Below, piece by piece: positions 37,829-50,404 of a stretch of 64,000 bases of DNA. Positions within the stretch are counted from its first letter, which is position 1; the number at the start of each line of letters is the position of its first letter. The position numbers and the translations under genes were made by a program. The DNA is from Callorhinchus milii. Taxonomy: Eukaryota. The notes beneath the pieces were generated by a model. It was not told where the DNA came from. It saw only the letters and a list, made by a program, of their open reading frames with translations, and made no database searches. Where the stretch lies: contig NW_024704743.1 of assembly GCF_018977255.1 (NCBI RefSeq), positions 23,066,001 to 23,130,000 on the forward strand. The letters run 5' to 3'.

Positions 37829-38720
37829 TTCTACTGTTACTGAAATTTTAAAATTGCTAACTGGAATAAACACACAATCACTTGTGAAGAACTTTGAGAC
37901 ATTTCATTATATATATGCACTGTGGGCCCAGGGATATTCCCTGTTAATTCTATTCATGGTCTGCCTAAACTAAATGAATAATTCCATCCAACTATTCATT
38001 TAAATAGTCTGTAGACCAGCAATTCATTTAACTTAACTGTATACCAGCAAACATAGAATGCATTACTACATTGTATTTTTACCAAAATGTAAGTCACTGG
38101 TCTTAATATCACACATAATGTCACTCCTACCAAGATTAGCTTTCTTCCCTTTTCTAAATAAAAGGTACAAAATATTCACTTGAACAGAAAAAAACGTAGA
38201 GTAAATGGTGCGAGCACTGAGGGAAAAGCATCTTAGGTTATAAAGTGCCTAAAGTACCTCTTATGCACGGAAGTCATGCCGGCTTGTGAGACCTCTACTC
38301 CAAGCCGATCTCAGCTGTGGATTGAATGTTTTTCAATCCCATCGACCAAGAACGAATCTGCTCCTTACAGGAATTACACAGGCCAATTCCTACTCTGGTG
38401 CTCATTAACAGTCTCAAATTGTGCTCTCTTTGAATCAGATCTATTAATTTTGTCATAAATACAAACGCAATCCATCAATTTTTAACGGCAATATGCTCAA
38501 CAATGCTCAAGGCAAATGTTTCAATAGAGTATCTCTGTCTAGAACCTGGGAGATTGGCCTCTGATACTTCCTGTTTATGCACAAACTGTTTCTGTGTCCT
38601 ACATGTTGATTGGAATGAGTTACTCTAGATCTGTTAAAGAGAGAGAAAGAGAATACTGTTTTAATGCTTTTCTCTGCTTTCAATTCAATGACAGTTTAGA
38701 TTTTTTTTGTGTGTTCTCAG

Positions 38721-38847
38721 TGTGATGGCTCCATGACCAGAGGTCTTTGTCACTCTCTTCCAGATGGCTGAAGAAATGAATGAGCTGGACTCAACAGTGG
38801 CAGATGGTGATTGTGGGACCATCATATATTTATATCCTCAAATGTAA
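38721..38847 (+). pseudogene. tkfc: Decayed exon-like fragment of triokinase/FMN cyclase (dihydroxyacetone kinase, DAK2/DhaL domain)
   Basis: 38743-38820 translates VFVTLFQMAEEMNELDSTVADGDCGT, aligning without gaps to TKFC [26 protein letters not shown] (human sequence from memory). Polypyrimidine-AG at 38701-38720, in-frame TGA at 38734, loss of similarity after GT. Confidence 0.7.
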
Positions 38848-38935
38848 TGCTCCATCTCTGAGATGAGCATTGCCACGTTCAGAATGAGGGAATAAATAGC
38901 CTGAGATTGAACAGCACAAGATTATTTATTTAAGA

Positions 38936-39350
38936 TGTCAGCCTGATTCAGTCAGCAGCACTCTTGTCTGAGTCAGAAGTTTGTTAGTTTAATCCACACA
39001 TCGGATGTTTGAGCTCACATAGTGTAAGCTGAAACTCCAGCAGAGTTCCAAGCTGTGCTGCATTGTCTTTCAGATGAGACCTTAAACTGTTTAGGCAGAT
39101 GTTAAAGATCCCATGGCACTATTCAAAAAGGGAGGGGAATTTCTCCCGGTGTCCTAGCCAAAAATCCTCCAGATAAAATTAATCATTCACTTCATGACTG
39201 TTTGTGGGATGTTGCTGTGCACAATTTGGCTTCCAGATTTGCCTGCAAAATACACAGTCACTACACTTTACAGTAAAATCCTGTGAAGCACTTTAAGACG
39301 TTCTCCTGATGTGAAAGGTGCTATATCAAATGTAAGTACTGTATTATTAT
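38936..39350 (+). mobile_element. Full-length DeuSINE/SacSINE1-like SINE
   Basis: cagcactcttgtctgagtcagaag head, gatcccatggcactattc core, L2-like tail. Confidence 0.85.
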
Positions 39351-39459
39351 CACTATTCTATGGATTTTGAAATCTATTTGGAAGATGAGTTTAATATACA
39401 TCCTTCTCAACCTCCCCCAAAAAATTGAGGAGGGGATAGAACAGAACAAATGCCAAGAA

Positions 39460-40353
39460 TTGGACAATGCCAATAAATGAAACTCTACCCATTCATTAAA
39501 CGTGCCTTCCTTTCAGAATGCTTTCCCTTGAGAGTGCTACTGCAAAGGCTGTGTAACAAGCCTCACATTTCAATGTCCCTTCTACTTTTCCCAACACAAG
39601 TCAAGATAACTAATTAGGGCCAGAGATTGTCTTAATGAAATTAGAACATGGAATAATGGAGAGACACGCATTTGGGAACATTTTAAAATTTTATTTCAAA
39701 AGAAATTCTGTTGCATTGTGAACACAAATATAACAAGACGTTCCTATCAGAATAAGATTATCAGCCAGTATGCGGAGAGTATGTCAGAAAGCTCTTCAGT
39801 TCAGAAAATTCTCCAGATACTGTTTAACCCTATCTTGTGTCACACACCCATGTTGGTCTCTCTTATTTGCTGCAGACAATGATTTCCCATAGAACCAGAC
39901 CAGACATGTTCACTGTCTTTGGAGACGCTGGAAATCCATAACAGGTCAATCAGAATTGAAAAGAGGAAAATAGATGAATGTTTTAGTTTTAACATTGAAA
40001 TTGAGCTAAAGGACCGAAGAAACCCTAATATAGTATAGAGAAATGCCAAAACAAGACCCCCTGAGGATAATAATTAATTGTCAGTAAGTTTAGTGCATTT
40101 AAATTTTACTATTCTAAGCATACATTCAAATGTTAACATACCTGGATGTGTAATATCACTTCCACTATAACTCTGTACTTGCTAAAAGCATTTTAACAGC
40201 CATGTTTCTTTCCTCAACACTCACCACCATTCTCCAACCCCAAAAGAACTCCAGCAAATGGCCTTTACAGTAGCACCCTCAAGGAAAAGCATTCTGAAAT
40301 CAGGAAGGCACGTTTAATGAATGTGTAGAGTTTCATTTATTGGCATTGTCCAA
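39460..40353. repeat. Long inverted repeat pair (~90-bp arms; 39460-39549 / 40261-40353)
   Basis: ttggacaatgccaataaatgaaactctac...gtgctactgcaaaggc vs its reverse complement with a few substitutions and one short indel. Confidence 0.9.
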
Positions 40354-41119
40354 ATTATAGCGGAATTTCCCAAATTCCTCATGATTTTATGTTTTAGAAC
40401 ACAACGGTCTTAAGCCAAAAGGATTTGACAAATTCTGGTTCCAAGGACTCTGTCTCTTCTTTCAGGTAGAAATAAACAGAGTTCTAGCAGATTTCTCTTG
40501 GATGGAAACCAATACCTGGTTCCACACATTGGTCTTTACTTGCACCAGCTTCATATCTGTGCTCTCTTCATTGGCCAGAAAGCTTCTGCTCATGATTCTG
40601 ACCACTTCTCCAGTCTCCAGGCTTTGTACTCCTCCCACACCCTTTTACCGTTTGCTGAACTTTTCATTTAGAACTGTGAAGGAGCAAGCACTGACAGGAA
40701 AAAGAAAAGGCAGAATCTCAGGGTTGTACATTTCTATAGCACCTTTGTAATCGCCTTGCTCCTTCCTTCCCAGCATTGCTCAGGTCACGGCCCTTGTTTG
40801 TTTGTACTCACTGGCTGTCTAAACTAACATTAGATTTTGTGGAAACATGGCAGCATTGTAAATTGTCAATTCACAAGAAGGGGGCAAACATCTTACAATA
40901 AATTGTGGAATCTGCATTAGAACTGCAAACACTTGAAAGATTGGTTGTATTAGAGGCAAATATTAATATTGTTTGGATCAATATTGAGCTCTAGCAATGA
41001 TGCTGTATTCATGAACCTCTTACCCTGCCAACAAAAAGTTCTATTTTTCGTTCGAAGTTTCAAGATAGTCAGATTTTTGATTTTCACAATTTAATTGAAA
41101 ATACAAATTATTTAATCAG

Positions 41120-42520
41120 GTTTCAGACATCTAATTTACTTCATCAAAATCTATCAGGTTTGTTAGAAATGAGTTGCCTTTAATAAATCCGTGTTGGTTG
41201 TCCTTTATTAACCCATATTTTTCTAAATGAAAATTTATTTGGCCTGATTTATAGTCTCTAGAAGTTTCTTCACTACTGACGTTAGGCTGACCGACCTGTA
41301 GTTCCCAGGTTTATCCTTCTGCCCCTTGTTGTACAGAGGAGTAACATTTACAACACTCCAGTCCTCTGGCACCACCCCGGTGTCCAAGGAGGATTGAAAG
41401 ATTATGGCCAGAGCTTCCATTATTTCCACCCTTACTTCCCTCAGAAACCTAGGATGGACCGGGTGACTTATCTACCTTTTTAGTAACTCCTCTCAGTTTC
41501 TTTGTATTTTATCCAATTTCTCTACCCTCTCCTCCGATACTGTGGCATTGGCTGCATCCTTGCTCTCTGCCTCCACAAGAAGATTTCCTCTTTGGTCCCT
41601 AATTGGACCCACCCTACCTTTGACTAACCTTTTATTCTTTTTGTTGTTGTTTATATGCTTATAAAATACCTTAGGGTTCCTTTTCATGTTACCCGCTAAT
41701 CTTTAATCCCAATTTCCTTATTCATCCAGGGAGGTTTGGATGCCCTACCTTTCCCCTTTGTGGGAATGTATTTGTTCTGTCCCCAACCTATCTCCTCCTT
41801 GAAGGCTTCTCATTGCTCACTAGCTGTTTTACCTACCAATCTTTCTTTCCAGTCCACCTTGGTTAGGTCGCTTTTTAACTCACTGAAATTAGTCGTCTTG
41901 CAGTTGAGTATCTTAGCCTTTGATTGCTCGTTGTCCCTTTCCATAAGTACTCCAAACTACTACTGCTACTAATAATAATAATCCTTGCATTTGATATAGC
42001 GCTTTTCATGTTTCTAGATGTCTCAAAGTGCTTCACAGAATAGACTGTAAAGTGAATTGACTGTGTATTTGTGGGCGAAATGCGGCAGCCAATTGTGTAC
42101 AGCAGTGTCCCACAAACAGTTGTGGATTGAAGTGACCAATTTATTATTGTTTTTTTTGAGGGATTATTATCAGCCGGGAATCGAACCCAGGTCTCTCGCT
42201 TGCAAAGCGAGTGCTCTAACCACTGAGCTACAGGACTGCACTAATGATGTTGTGATCACTGTTGTCCAGATACTCTCCAACTGAAACCTGCTCCACTTGC
42301 CCTACTTCATTCTCCAGAACTAGATCCAGCACTGTTTCATTCCTCGTTGGGCTGGAAACGTATTGATCCAGAAAGTTATCCTGCACACATTTCAGGAATC
42401 CTTCCCCCTCCTTGCCCTTTACATGGTTATTTTGTCAGTCTATGTTAGGATAATTGAAGTCCCCATTATCACTATTCTATTGGTTTTGCATCTTTCAGAA
42501 ATCTGCTTGCAGATTTGCAC
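41120..42520 (-). mobile_element. CR1 LINE internal ORF2 fragments (endonuclease to RT), SINE inserted at 41971-42237
   Basis: EALAIIFQSSLDTGVVPEDWSVVNVTPLYNKGQKDKPGNYRSVSLTSVV; KRNPKVFYKHI...RVGPIRDQRGNL; IMGDFNYP-coding (ataatgggggacttcaattatcc on the minus strand). Confidence 0.9.
41971..42237 (-). mobile_element. tRNA-Ala-derived SINE (internally deleted)
   Basis: Reverse of gtcctgtagctcagtggttagagcactcgctttgcaagcgag; (TAA)n tail. Confidence 0.9.
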
Positions 42521-43767
42521 ATCTTATCAAGTGCATCCCAAATTTAGAAATCAATGCTTTGTTTTTCCAAGCACTTTATTTTTAGAAGACACATTGTGTA
42601 GACTGAGTGGGAGGATTGGTTTACAGACTTAGTTTTTTTTTGCTTGTAAAATGTACTGAACTTGTACTTACAAAATTCTCTGGGTGCAAGAAACCCACAA
42701 CATCAAATGCTACATTTCCGGGGAAAGGGAAAATAATTCTGCTGCACCACTAGATTTTCCCTTAGACTAACATTAAGATCCATTGGTTCTGCATTAACTT
42801 GAACCAATATGTCACAAATTGTTTCCTATGTTTGACATTTAAGTCTGATTTATAGCAATTCATAGTGCCATAAATAGCCTCTTTCCAACAACTAGAAACG
42901 CATCTCATTTTCATCCCCAATGGTGGTACATTTCAATCCTATGTAAAATGTACACATGACGCAAATCATCAAATCTAACCCAAATTCAACTCACAGGTCC
43001 TTGAACTCTGAAAGCACATTGCATGGGAATGGATGATCTGCAACAGCATTCAACACTTCTGGTTATTTGGAGCTCAGAATGGTTATTGTTGACTCATATT
43101 ATGAATCACAGGTAATTTAGACCTAATTGTACATACACATTCTGTTTACTCTGCTCTAGGTTGAATTACTTACTGCCAGCAGAGTGTGCTACAGTCTGAC
43201 TCACTGCAGTTTCCAGATGGACGATGAAAGGATAAAACCAACTATGTATTTGTATGGCTTCCTTCCTTTGGTCATCAAGGAAGGGATACTATTGCTGAGA
43301 CGCAGAACACTTTACAATACAATGCAATACAGTTTACACTTATATAGTGCCTTTCATGTCGGGAGGATGTCTCTAAGCACTTGACATCCCAAAGCTCTGT
43401 CTGGGCACAGGAACTGAGGGTGGGGTCACTTTCACATTTTCCATTCTCTCAAAGCGATCTTGTGACCACTGTAAGTATCATTGCCAATTCAGCGACAAAT
43501 ACCTGAAGCATCACTTTTCGATTCCATTCAAAAATTTTTACACAAGATCCCAAGACAGTTTTGCATGTAGCAGAGCGCAGGCGATTTCCAGGAAGAGGAA
43601 AGAGGAGCTTTTTATTTCATTGTTGTGAGGCTTGGAGGTGAAACCAGATGGCAAAGAAGGGGAACAGCAGTATGCTAACTTATAGCTGTCCCCTTTATGT
43701 AATGCAGTATTTTTTGAATTATGTGTAAATTTCATATTTGGCTGTTTCAAAATCCCTCTATCTATTT

Positions 43768-43945
43768 AATTAATAATAATCCTTGCATTTGATTTAGCGC
43801 CTTATCGCATCTTCGAGTCGTCTCAAAGAGCTTCACAGAATATACTGTAAAGTGAATTGACTGTATATTTTGTGGGCAAAACACGGCAGCCAATTGCAGA
43901 CAGCATTACCCCACAAACAATCGTGGATTGAGTGACCAATTTTTT
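43768..43945 (-). mobile_element. tRNA-derived SINE, 3' half
   Basis: Near-consensus tail and body. Confidence 0.85.
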
Positions 43946-44779
43946 AAACATTTTATTAATGGAATTAACAGCAATATGTCCACTTTCAGACTCTAATTTT
44001 AGTGTTTACTTGGCATCAAATTAAATTAACTGTATTCCTACAGAAGATATTTGAGGGAATGCTGTTTTGCTCAGCATCAGACTGCTGGTATATCTCCAAT
44101 GCTGAAATCAGAATTTGCCAGATCAAGCAGGTTGGTGCTGAATGTGTTCAAAGTCAAGTTGCTGGAATTTTGCTGCTCATGGTTCCGACATTCTTGGAGC
44201 CAAATTTTAGCCAAAGGAGGCGCCTGCTAATATCCAAATGAAATTCAGTCTTCCACATTCGGTTTGTATACTCTATATGGCGATGGGCTTCATGTGCAGG
44301 CAAACACCCAAAACAACCTAGCCAGCAGATCAGTGTCTAACTGCGCCTGTGTATAGTCCCAGCACATTGGCTGCTGATTCATCTAGATCCCTGCAGGATT
44401 TCTCACGTACAAATCCCTTTTGTGATGCTAACAAATTAGGACACACTATATCATACTGTGCATCACAGCAACATTTAAAATTCATCTGATCTGCTTCTAA
44501 CCTATTCTAGAGAAACCAATATCTTGATCTCACACTGTATAATCACTCAGCTGTAGACCATTCAAATAGCATTTCATTACGTTTCTTGCTCTTTCCAAAT
44601 AGCCATGAATATCGAATATCGTGGCTATTTTAACGGTAGCCTGTCATGAAACCCGATGCATTCAGGTTTACATGCATCTGCCATTGAAGCTGAATGAATA
44701 TGTATACCCTGTATGCATGAGAATGATGTAATAAAAATGACTTCATTGGACTGAATTCTGTGACGAATGTAACATAGGT

Positions 44780-45240
44780 AAGCAAAGGACTGATAGAGAC
44801 CATTCAGTCCATTTGGCTGATACTGCTGAAAGCAATCTTACGCTACTCTGCGTCTTATTGTACTTCAATCATTTTTTTGCCAAATAACTCATTCACTCTC
44901 GACTTTATTGACAATTTCTGTCCTTCAACTTTCTGGTCAGTCCATTCCACATCTTCATCACTCTGTGTAAAGTGATTCAATCTGAATTGGCATTTTACTA
45001 TTCTTTTTCTGCTCCTGAGTCCATGTTGATGAAATGGGTATTATTTAATGCTTCTTCTGCTCTCCATGTATCTGAAATGATTGTTCTGGGTTTATTTCCT
45101 AAATTCCATTTATCATCTTAGGATAGGATTATATATATTTCTATATTCCTCAGAAGGACTATAGGATTCCTTCTGAGATTTCAAAGCTGAAGAGCCCTAG
45201 CAATTCCTCTTGAACTCATCCATCTAACACTGGGGATCAG
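44780..45240 (-). mobile_element. Old CR1 LINE 3' fragment
   Basis: ttccacatcttcatcactctgtgtaaag and tcaaagctgaagagccctag resemble CR1 ORF2 C-terminal sequence. Confidence 0.55.
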
Positions 45241-46379
45241 CCTAAAAATATAATAATAATCCATGCATGTGGTATAGCACCTTATCACCTCTTCAAGACA
45301 TTTCAAAGTGTTTCACAAGATTTTACTGTGAAGTGTAGTGACTGTGTATTTGTAGGCAAATGTGGCAGCCAATTTGTGCACAGAAATGTCCTAGCCTTTT
45401 CACTCTCTGGTATAGAATCTAGGCAGTCAGAGAATCACTGATTATCACAGAAATACTAAATGATCATATAATATCAAAAAAGGGTGAAATTGATTTGGGA
45501 ATCTATTCGGAGATGGAGGCAAGTCCTATTGAAAATGATATGGTTCTGAAAACAGGGTTTTGCAAAGGGTGGATTACAGAAAAGAAGGGGTAAAGATAAA
45601 CAGAAGAGTGAACAGGGCGAAAGAGACACATGGAAATTACAATAAAGAGAGTCAGAAGTTCTTCAGGGTCGGCACACCTGTAAGAGAACTGGCAGTTAAG
45701 AAATCTTAGTTTGTTGTGTTGGTATTACTGAAGTTGAAGGTTTCAAATGTTCTGCACTGGAGCAAACGAGCAACAGGTTCAGAAATGTTAGTGGTGGAGC
45801 AAACATTGTTAGCACAAGAGCACACACTATACCACATCAAATGTCCCATATTTGTAGATGTCATGAATTGGTGTGGGTAGGAGCTCTGCATTATCTTCAC
45901 ATAGATCGCGAATAAAAGTACCTAATATGCAAGATTTCTTAATAAAATTCCTTAACAAGAAATCACATTCCATAGTATCCTTCCTTGAAGTATGCTTTAT
46001 GTATTTTTATTACAAAATACGATAGTGCTGATTGCTGTAGTGAGAAACTGGAATCCCTCTAGTGTATGTGATTCTTCAATAAGTGGATCATCTCAATCAT
46101 AACTGCTGCTTGCTTACAGTGATGCAATGCTCCACCTCACCGGTTCCCAAACCCTGGATTGATTAATATGAGAAATTGGAGACACCTTGCCAAGGTCAAA
46201 GCATACAGTCCCTGGATTTAAGACTCAATCAAGTTCTTATGGGATGTGCCTTGGGATTTTTAAACAAAGTCAGATTATTTTATCCTTCAAAAACAAGAAT
46301 TGAGAAATGTTCTATGTTTGGTAACAATGATGTCATTCGCTATGTTGGAGAGTTCTTCACATGGTAACACACATCAAGA

Positions 46380-46860
46380 AAAAAATGTGGAATGTGATCT
46401 GATCATCATCAATACTGATAATTTGCTCCAGGCAATGTCCCATTAGATGACTTCAAAATTTGTCATCAAAGGCTGATTATTCAAGATCCTCAACCTCAAA
46501 TTTAAATCCTTCCACCGCAGTCTTACCCACTCTACCTTTGTGATCCCCTGCAACTCTACAGATTACTCCATCTGCTCAGCAAACACCATCTTGCTTTAGG
46601 TTCCCCCTGATCTGCCCCAACATCGGTGGGTGAGTTTTCAGCCATTATACTCCTAGTTTCTAGATCTCCATCCCAGATTCTGTCAACCTCATCCCTTTCC
46701 TTCCTACCTTTAAAATCAACCCATCACAAATCACTTCATGCCCTAGTGCCTTCCTATCTTTCAAACTTGCTCATAACCCACTCCTGTACACGTCCTCTTT
46801 GCTTTGATGGCTTGGGCTTTTGCGCATCTCTCAACCCCTTTTTTCAAGTAGTGCCATGAG
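46380..46860 (+). mobile_element. Degenerate L2 LINE fragments
   Basis: ttcaagatcctcaacctcaaatttaaatccttccac ... catcggtgggtgagttttcagccat. Confidence 0.55.
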
Positions 46861-48737
46861 TTCTTGAACATCCACTAGAATAAGCAGTCAGGACCTTGGT
46901 TTAACAACTCAACAGAGGGACAGCAATTACAACAATGTACCTGAGCCCCCAACCCCTGCCCACACTACATTGCATTATAGTGTCAGTCCAGGCTGCAAGT
47001 TCAAAGCTCTAATATGGGGTTTGAACCCACGATTTTCTCAGTCAAACAAGTTGAGTTGATATCCATGGAACAATAGATTCCATGGCTGATATCCACGGAA
47101 CAATAGATTCATGAACCAGTCTGCAGTTTTGTATTTTATTTTGGTTGGTGGCTGAATAAATAAACTCTACAATTCACGGAATCTGTGAACCACTTCTATG
47201 TTTGGATTTATTTATGTATTGTATATGGGTACTTTAAAATATATTTTAAGTGGTGGTTACATTCAAATATATTTTAATCTCACCGCCACTTACCATAAAA
47301 TCAATCTGTTCTCCCCTGTCTTATGCGGTTAACAGATGGTAAATGTATTGGAAGAGGTGACAGTCTTGACAGTCAATGCTAATAATGCCAGGAGAGCATC
47401 TTGTCACTTCACCACTTCCATTGACTTCAATTCTATAGCATGTTATATTGGGATATTTGGGGGATAAATGGTTAACAAGAAGGCAGATAATGATATTCAT
47501 TGTCTGGGTCTTGGCAATTGTGAACAAACCTTTCTGCCTGTCAAAAACAATAAAAAGAAGGTGGCTTAAACTGTCTGTGACCAACCTGAAGGAAGGGCTA
47601 CCAGGAATGACAATTCAACATCCAGCTGGCTGCTCACCGAATGTTCACTGTTAGAGTTTGCTCATGACAAGATTCCTGCATGGAATGCAACTTCACAGGT
47701 TGTGCATAAGCCAGGAAATGAACACTATTTTAGTGGTAGCCTGAAACTACATTGAGTACTGTTACCTTAACTAGTGTGGTACATGGAATGTATGTGTAAT
47801 GCACACAGGAAGTGTGTAGGACAACAGCTTAACACTGGTACAGAGAGATAATCCAATTTTAAGGTTGTAGAACCGTGCCTGTTAAATAACATAGATAGAT
47901 AATTATTGATTCACTCTTAACCATCTCATTGCCGGCCTGCAAATCCATAGCCACTACACTTTCCAAATAGTCCTGTGAAGAGCTTTGAAACATTTTGACA
48001 ATGGTATAAGGTGCTTTATTAAATGTAATGATTATTATTATCTTGTCATACTCTCAAACATCTCAGGTAATGTACTATGACAGATATAGCCTCATGGTTT
48101 ACACCTTTCGATGATGATTGTAATCTGGATAAACTACTATATGTCCTTACTATAGATCAGGACTTTCTGTTCGGACATCTATGAGCCAGCAATGTAGTAA
48201 CCATTACGAGCAAATCATCAACTTTAACAAGTTTAACATGTGGGTGCATAATGAATACAATGGTGTTAGATTATAGATTTCAAGCTTATACACTCAATGC
48301 TAAGTACCATTATTATATACTTCACACAGGCAGGCAATTATAGATTGAACGAGAAAATTTGGACTTATTAATAAGCTTAAGAGGCACATTGCTTTTGAAT
48401 TTCAGAGATCAACCGTTAATTAGGTTGTTTAAAGCATGGATGGTAACTCCTTTGGGCTTTCTTATAGAACCAGACTGCTTATTACAGGTGGCAGAAAGAT
48501 GGCCTATCAATTTAAACCATGTTTATTTAGTTTAAACTAAGTGTTGAAAAGCAGCCAAACAGAAAGGTTTTTCCAAATAATGTCTAACTATTCAAGGTGT
48601 TAATGGTACAGTTTTGAAGATATTATCTGGGTTAGACCTGCATGTGGTGCTAAGAGAATGATTAATTATTATTAACCAGCTCACTAAGGTTAATTGATTT
48701 AATTGGAGTATTGGAGTATTAAAACCTGATAAAACCT

Positions 48738-49115
48738 GTGGAGTCCTGTAGCTTAGTGATTAGAGCAATCGTCTCGCAAGTGAGAAGACCTGGGTTCGAT
48801 TCATGGTCAGAGCGAAATGTTGGGTAACTTTCCTTACTCCAGACGCCTCTGTTCACCAAGCAGTAAGTGGGAACCCATTGTTAGTCGATTGTCGGATCAC
48901 TTTTCTGGAGGTAATAATCTCGTCAAAAATAATAATAATAATTTGATCCCTAAATCCATGACTGTTTTGGGGACACTGCTGTGTGCAATTGGCTGCCACA
49001 TTTTGCCCACAAAATATATGGTCAATTCACTCTACGGTATATTCTGTGAAGCGCTTTGACACATCTCAAAGACGTGATAAGGCCCTATATCAAATGCAAG
49101 GATTATTATTATTAT
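48738..49115 (+). mobile_element. Full-length tRNA-derived SINE (long form)
   Basis: Head with A/B boxes, internal cctctgttcaccaagcagtaagtgggaaccc segment, (TAT)n tail. Confidence 0.9.
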
Positions 49116-49814
49116 AAATTCCTTTCATAGCAAAGTGTGGTTGTTTTATTCCAGGATGGTGAAATTGCTTGACAGGAGCTTGAAAAGCATCTATCACCTT
49201 TCAAAGCAATGAACCCTGCCTGCTATGCTTTATATCGTTTCCTTTCCTCCATATATTATTGACAGGGACAGTGATATGAGCTTTATTCAGAGCTCAAATA
49301 GATGAAATAGTTGTTTACTTATCGAAAGTTTATTTCTTTCCTAGCGTTTTTTTTCAAACTTTTCCACCCTCTTTTTCCTCTTCACTTATCTCCTTCAATT
49401 TTCTCTTATTTTCTTCTTCTTGAAGACATTTGAAATTTGACTCCTTTTACCTTCTACTGGGGGAAAGTTTCACAGTTGCATTCCAGTACCTCACTCAAGT
49501 TGTCATTATTCATACGTGAGTCTGAGCAAGAGTCCCAACAGGCTATTCAGCTGCTAAGGGCATTGCAGATGAATCTTATCGTATTCTCATTCAATGTCTA
49601 CCCACGTCTATCTTCAAAAGAGCCCACTGGATCAGGAGCACAGGAACACCCTACAATAAAGGGGGTATTGAGATCAATAACAACATCCCTCCTGCCAACC
49701 TCGCTAAAATCAGCAAACTCATCAGACACTAGAAATTGTTTTAATAGTTACTCAAAATGTTTCACAACTTGAGCAGATTAAGGAGGTCATTACTCATTGT
49801 GACTGATCAGGAAT

Positions 49815-50400
49815 TTACAAGATCACAGGAGAGGTTTAGATGAAGAATGCACTTCAGCCCATTTGAGCTCATCCTTCCAGAACTCCCATGTTTTGGGTTT
49901 ACTATCTCAATCCTGTTAAAATCTTATATATCTCCCTGAGGTCCCTTCTGAGATTAAATAAAAAATAATCTTTGCATCTGATATAGCACCTATCATATGA
50001 GGAGGATGCCTCACAGCACTTTACTGGATTTTACAGTAAAGTGTCGTGACTGCTTATTTGTAGACACTTTAGCTCTATTTTCAAGTCCTGGTCATCATTG
50101 CTCAAAGCTCATCAATCTAATATTGAGGATCATCCTTATTGCTCTCCTCTGTACTACCTCCACGGACTGGACACCTCCCTTATGGCACAGTGACTTTATG
50201 TAGTACTCTAAGTACAGCCTGATCAGAGTACTATGTACTGTACAGTTTGAACATAACGTCTTGGGATCTGCACTCAACTGACTGGACCGAATAGCTCAGC
50301 AACCTGCCTTGTTTATTGCTGTTTCACACTTTTTTTTCCACATGTTGTGTGACGAGTTAACTAATACCCCTACATCCTTTTCAGCTTACCCCTTGGCAAG
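49815..50400 (-). mobile_element. CR1 LINE fragment with nested SINE tail
   Basis: LIRLYLEY...VEVVQRRAIRMILNIRLMSFEQ; continues at 50955-51345 (NLDFQKAFDKVPYERL). Confidence 0.75.
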
Positions 50401-50404
50401 CTCT

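Noticed and set aside
39876..39943. Exon-like segment as a coding exon
   Set aside because: Stop codons in all three frames; no recognisable protein
40468..40600. SWMETNT...SVLSSLARKLLL as the next TKFC exon (AIQEWL...QLLSKLSVLLL)
   Set aside because: Similarity is low-complexity Leu/Ser, spacing does not fit and the KMGGSSG motif is absent
44045..44241. YISNAEI as the TKFC C-terminal ASYISSARL
   Set aside because: The diagnostic AGRASY and DPGA motifs are missing
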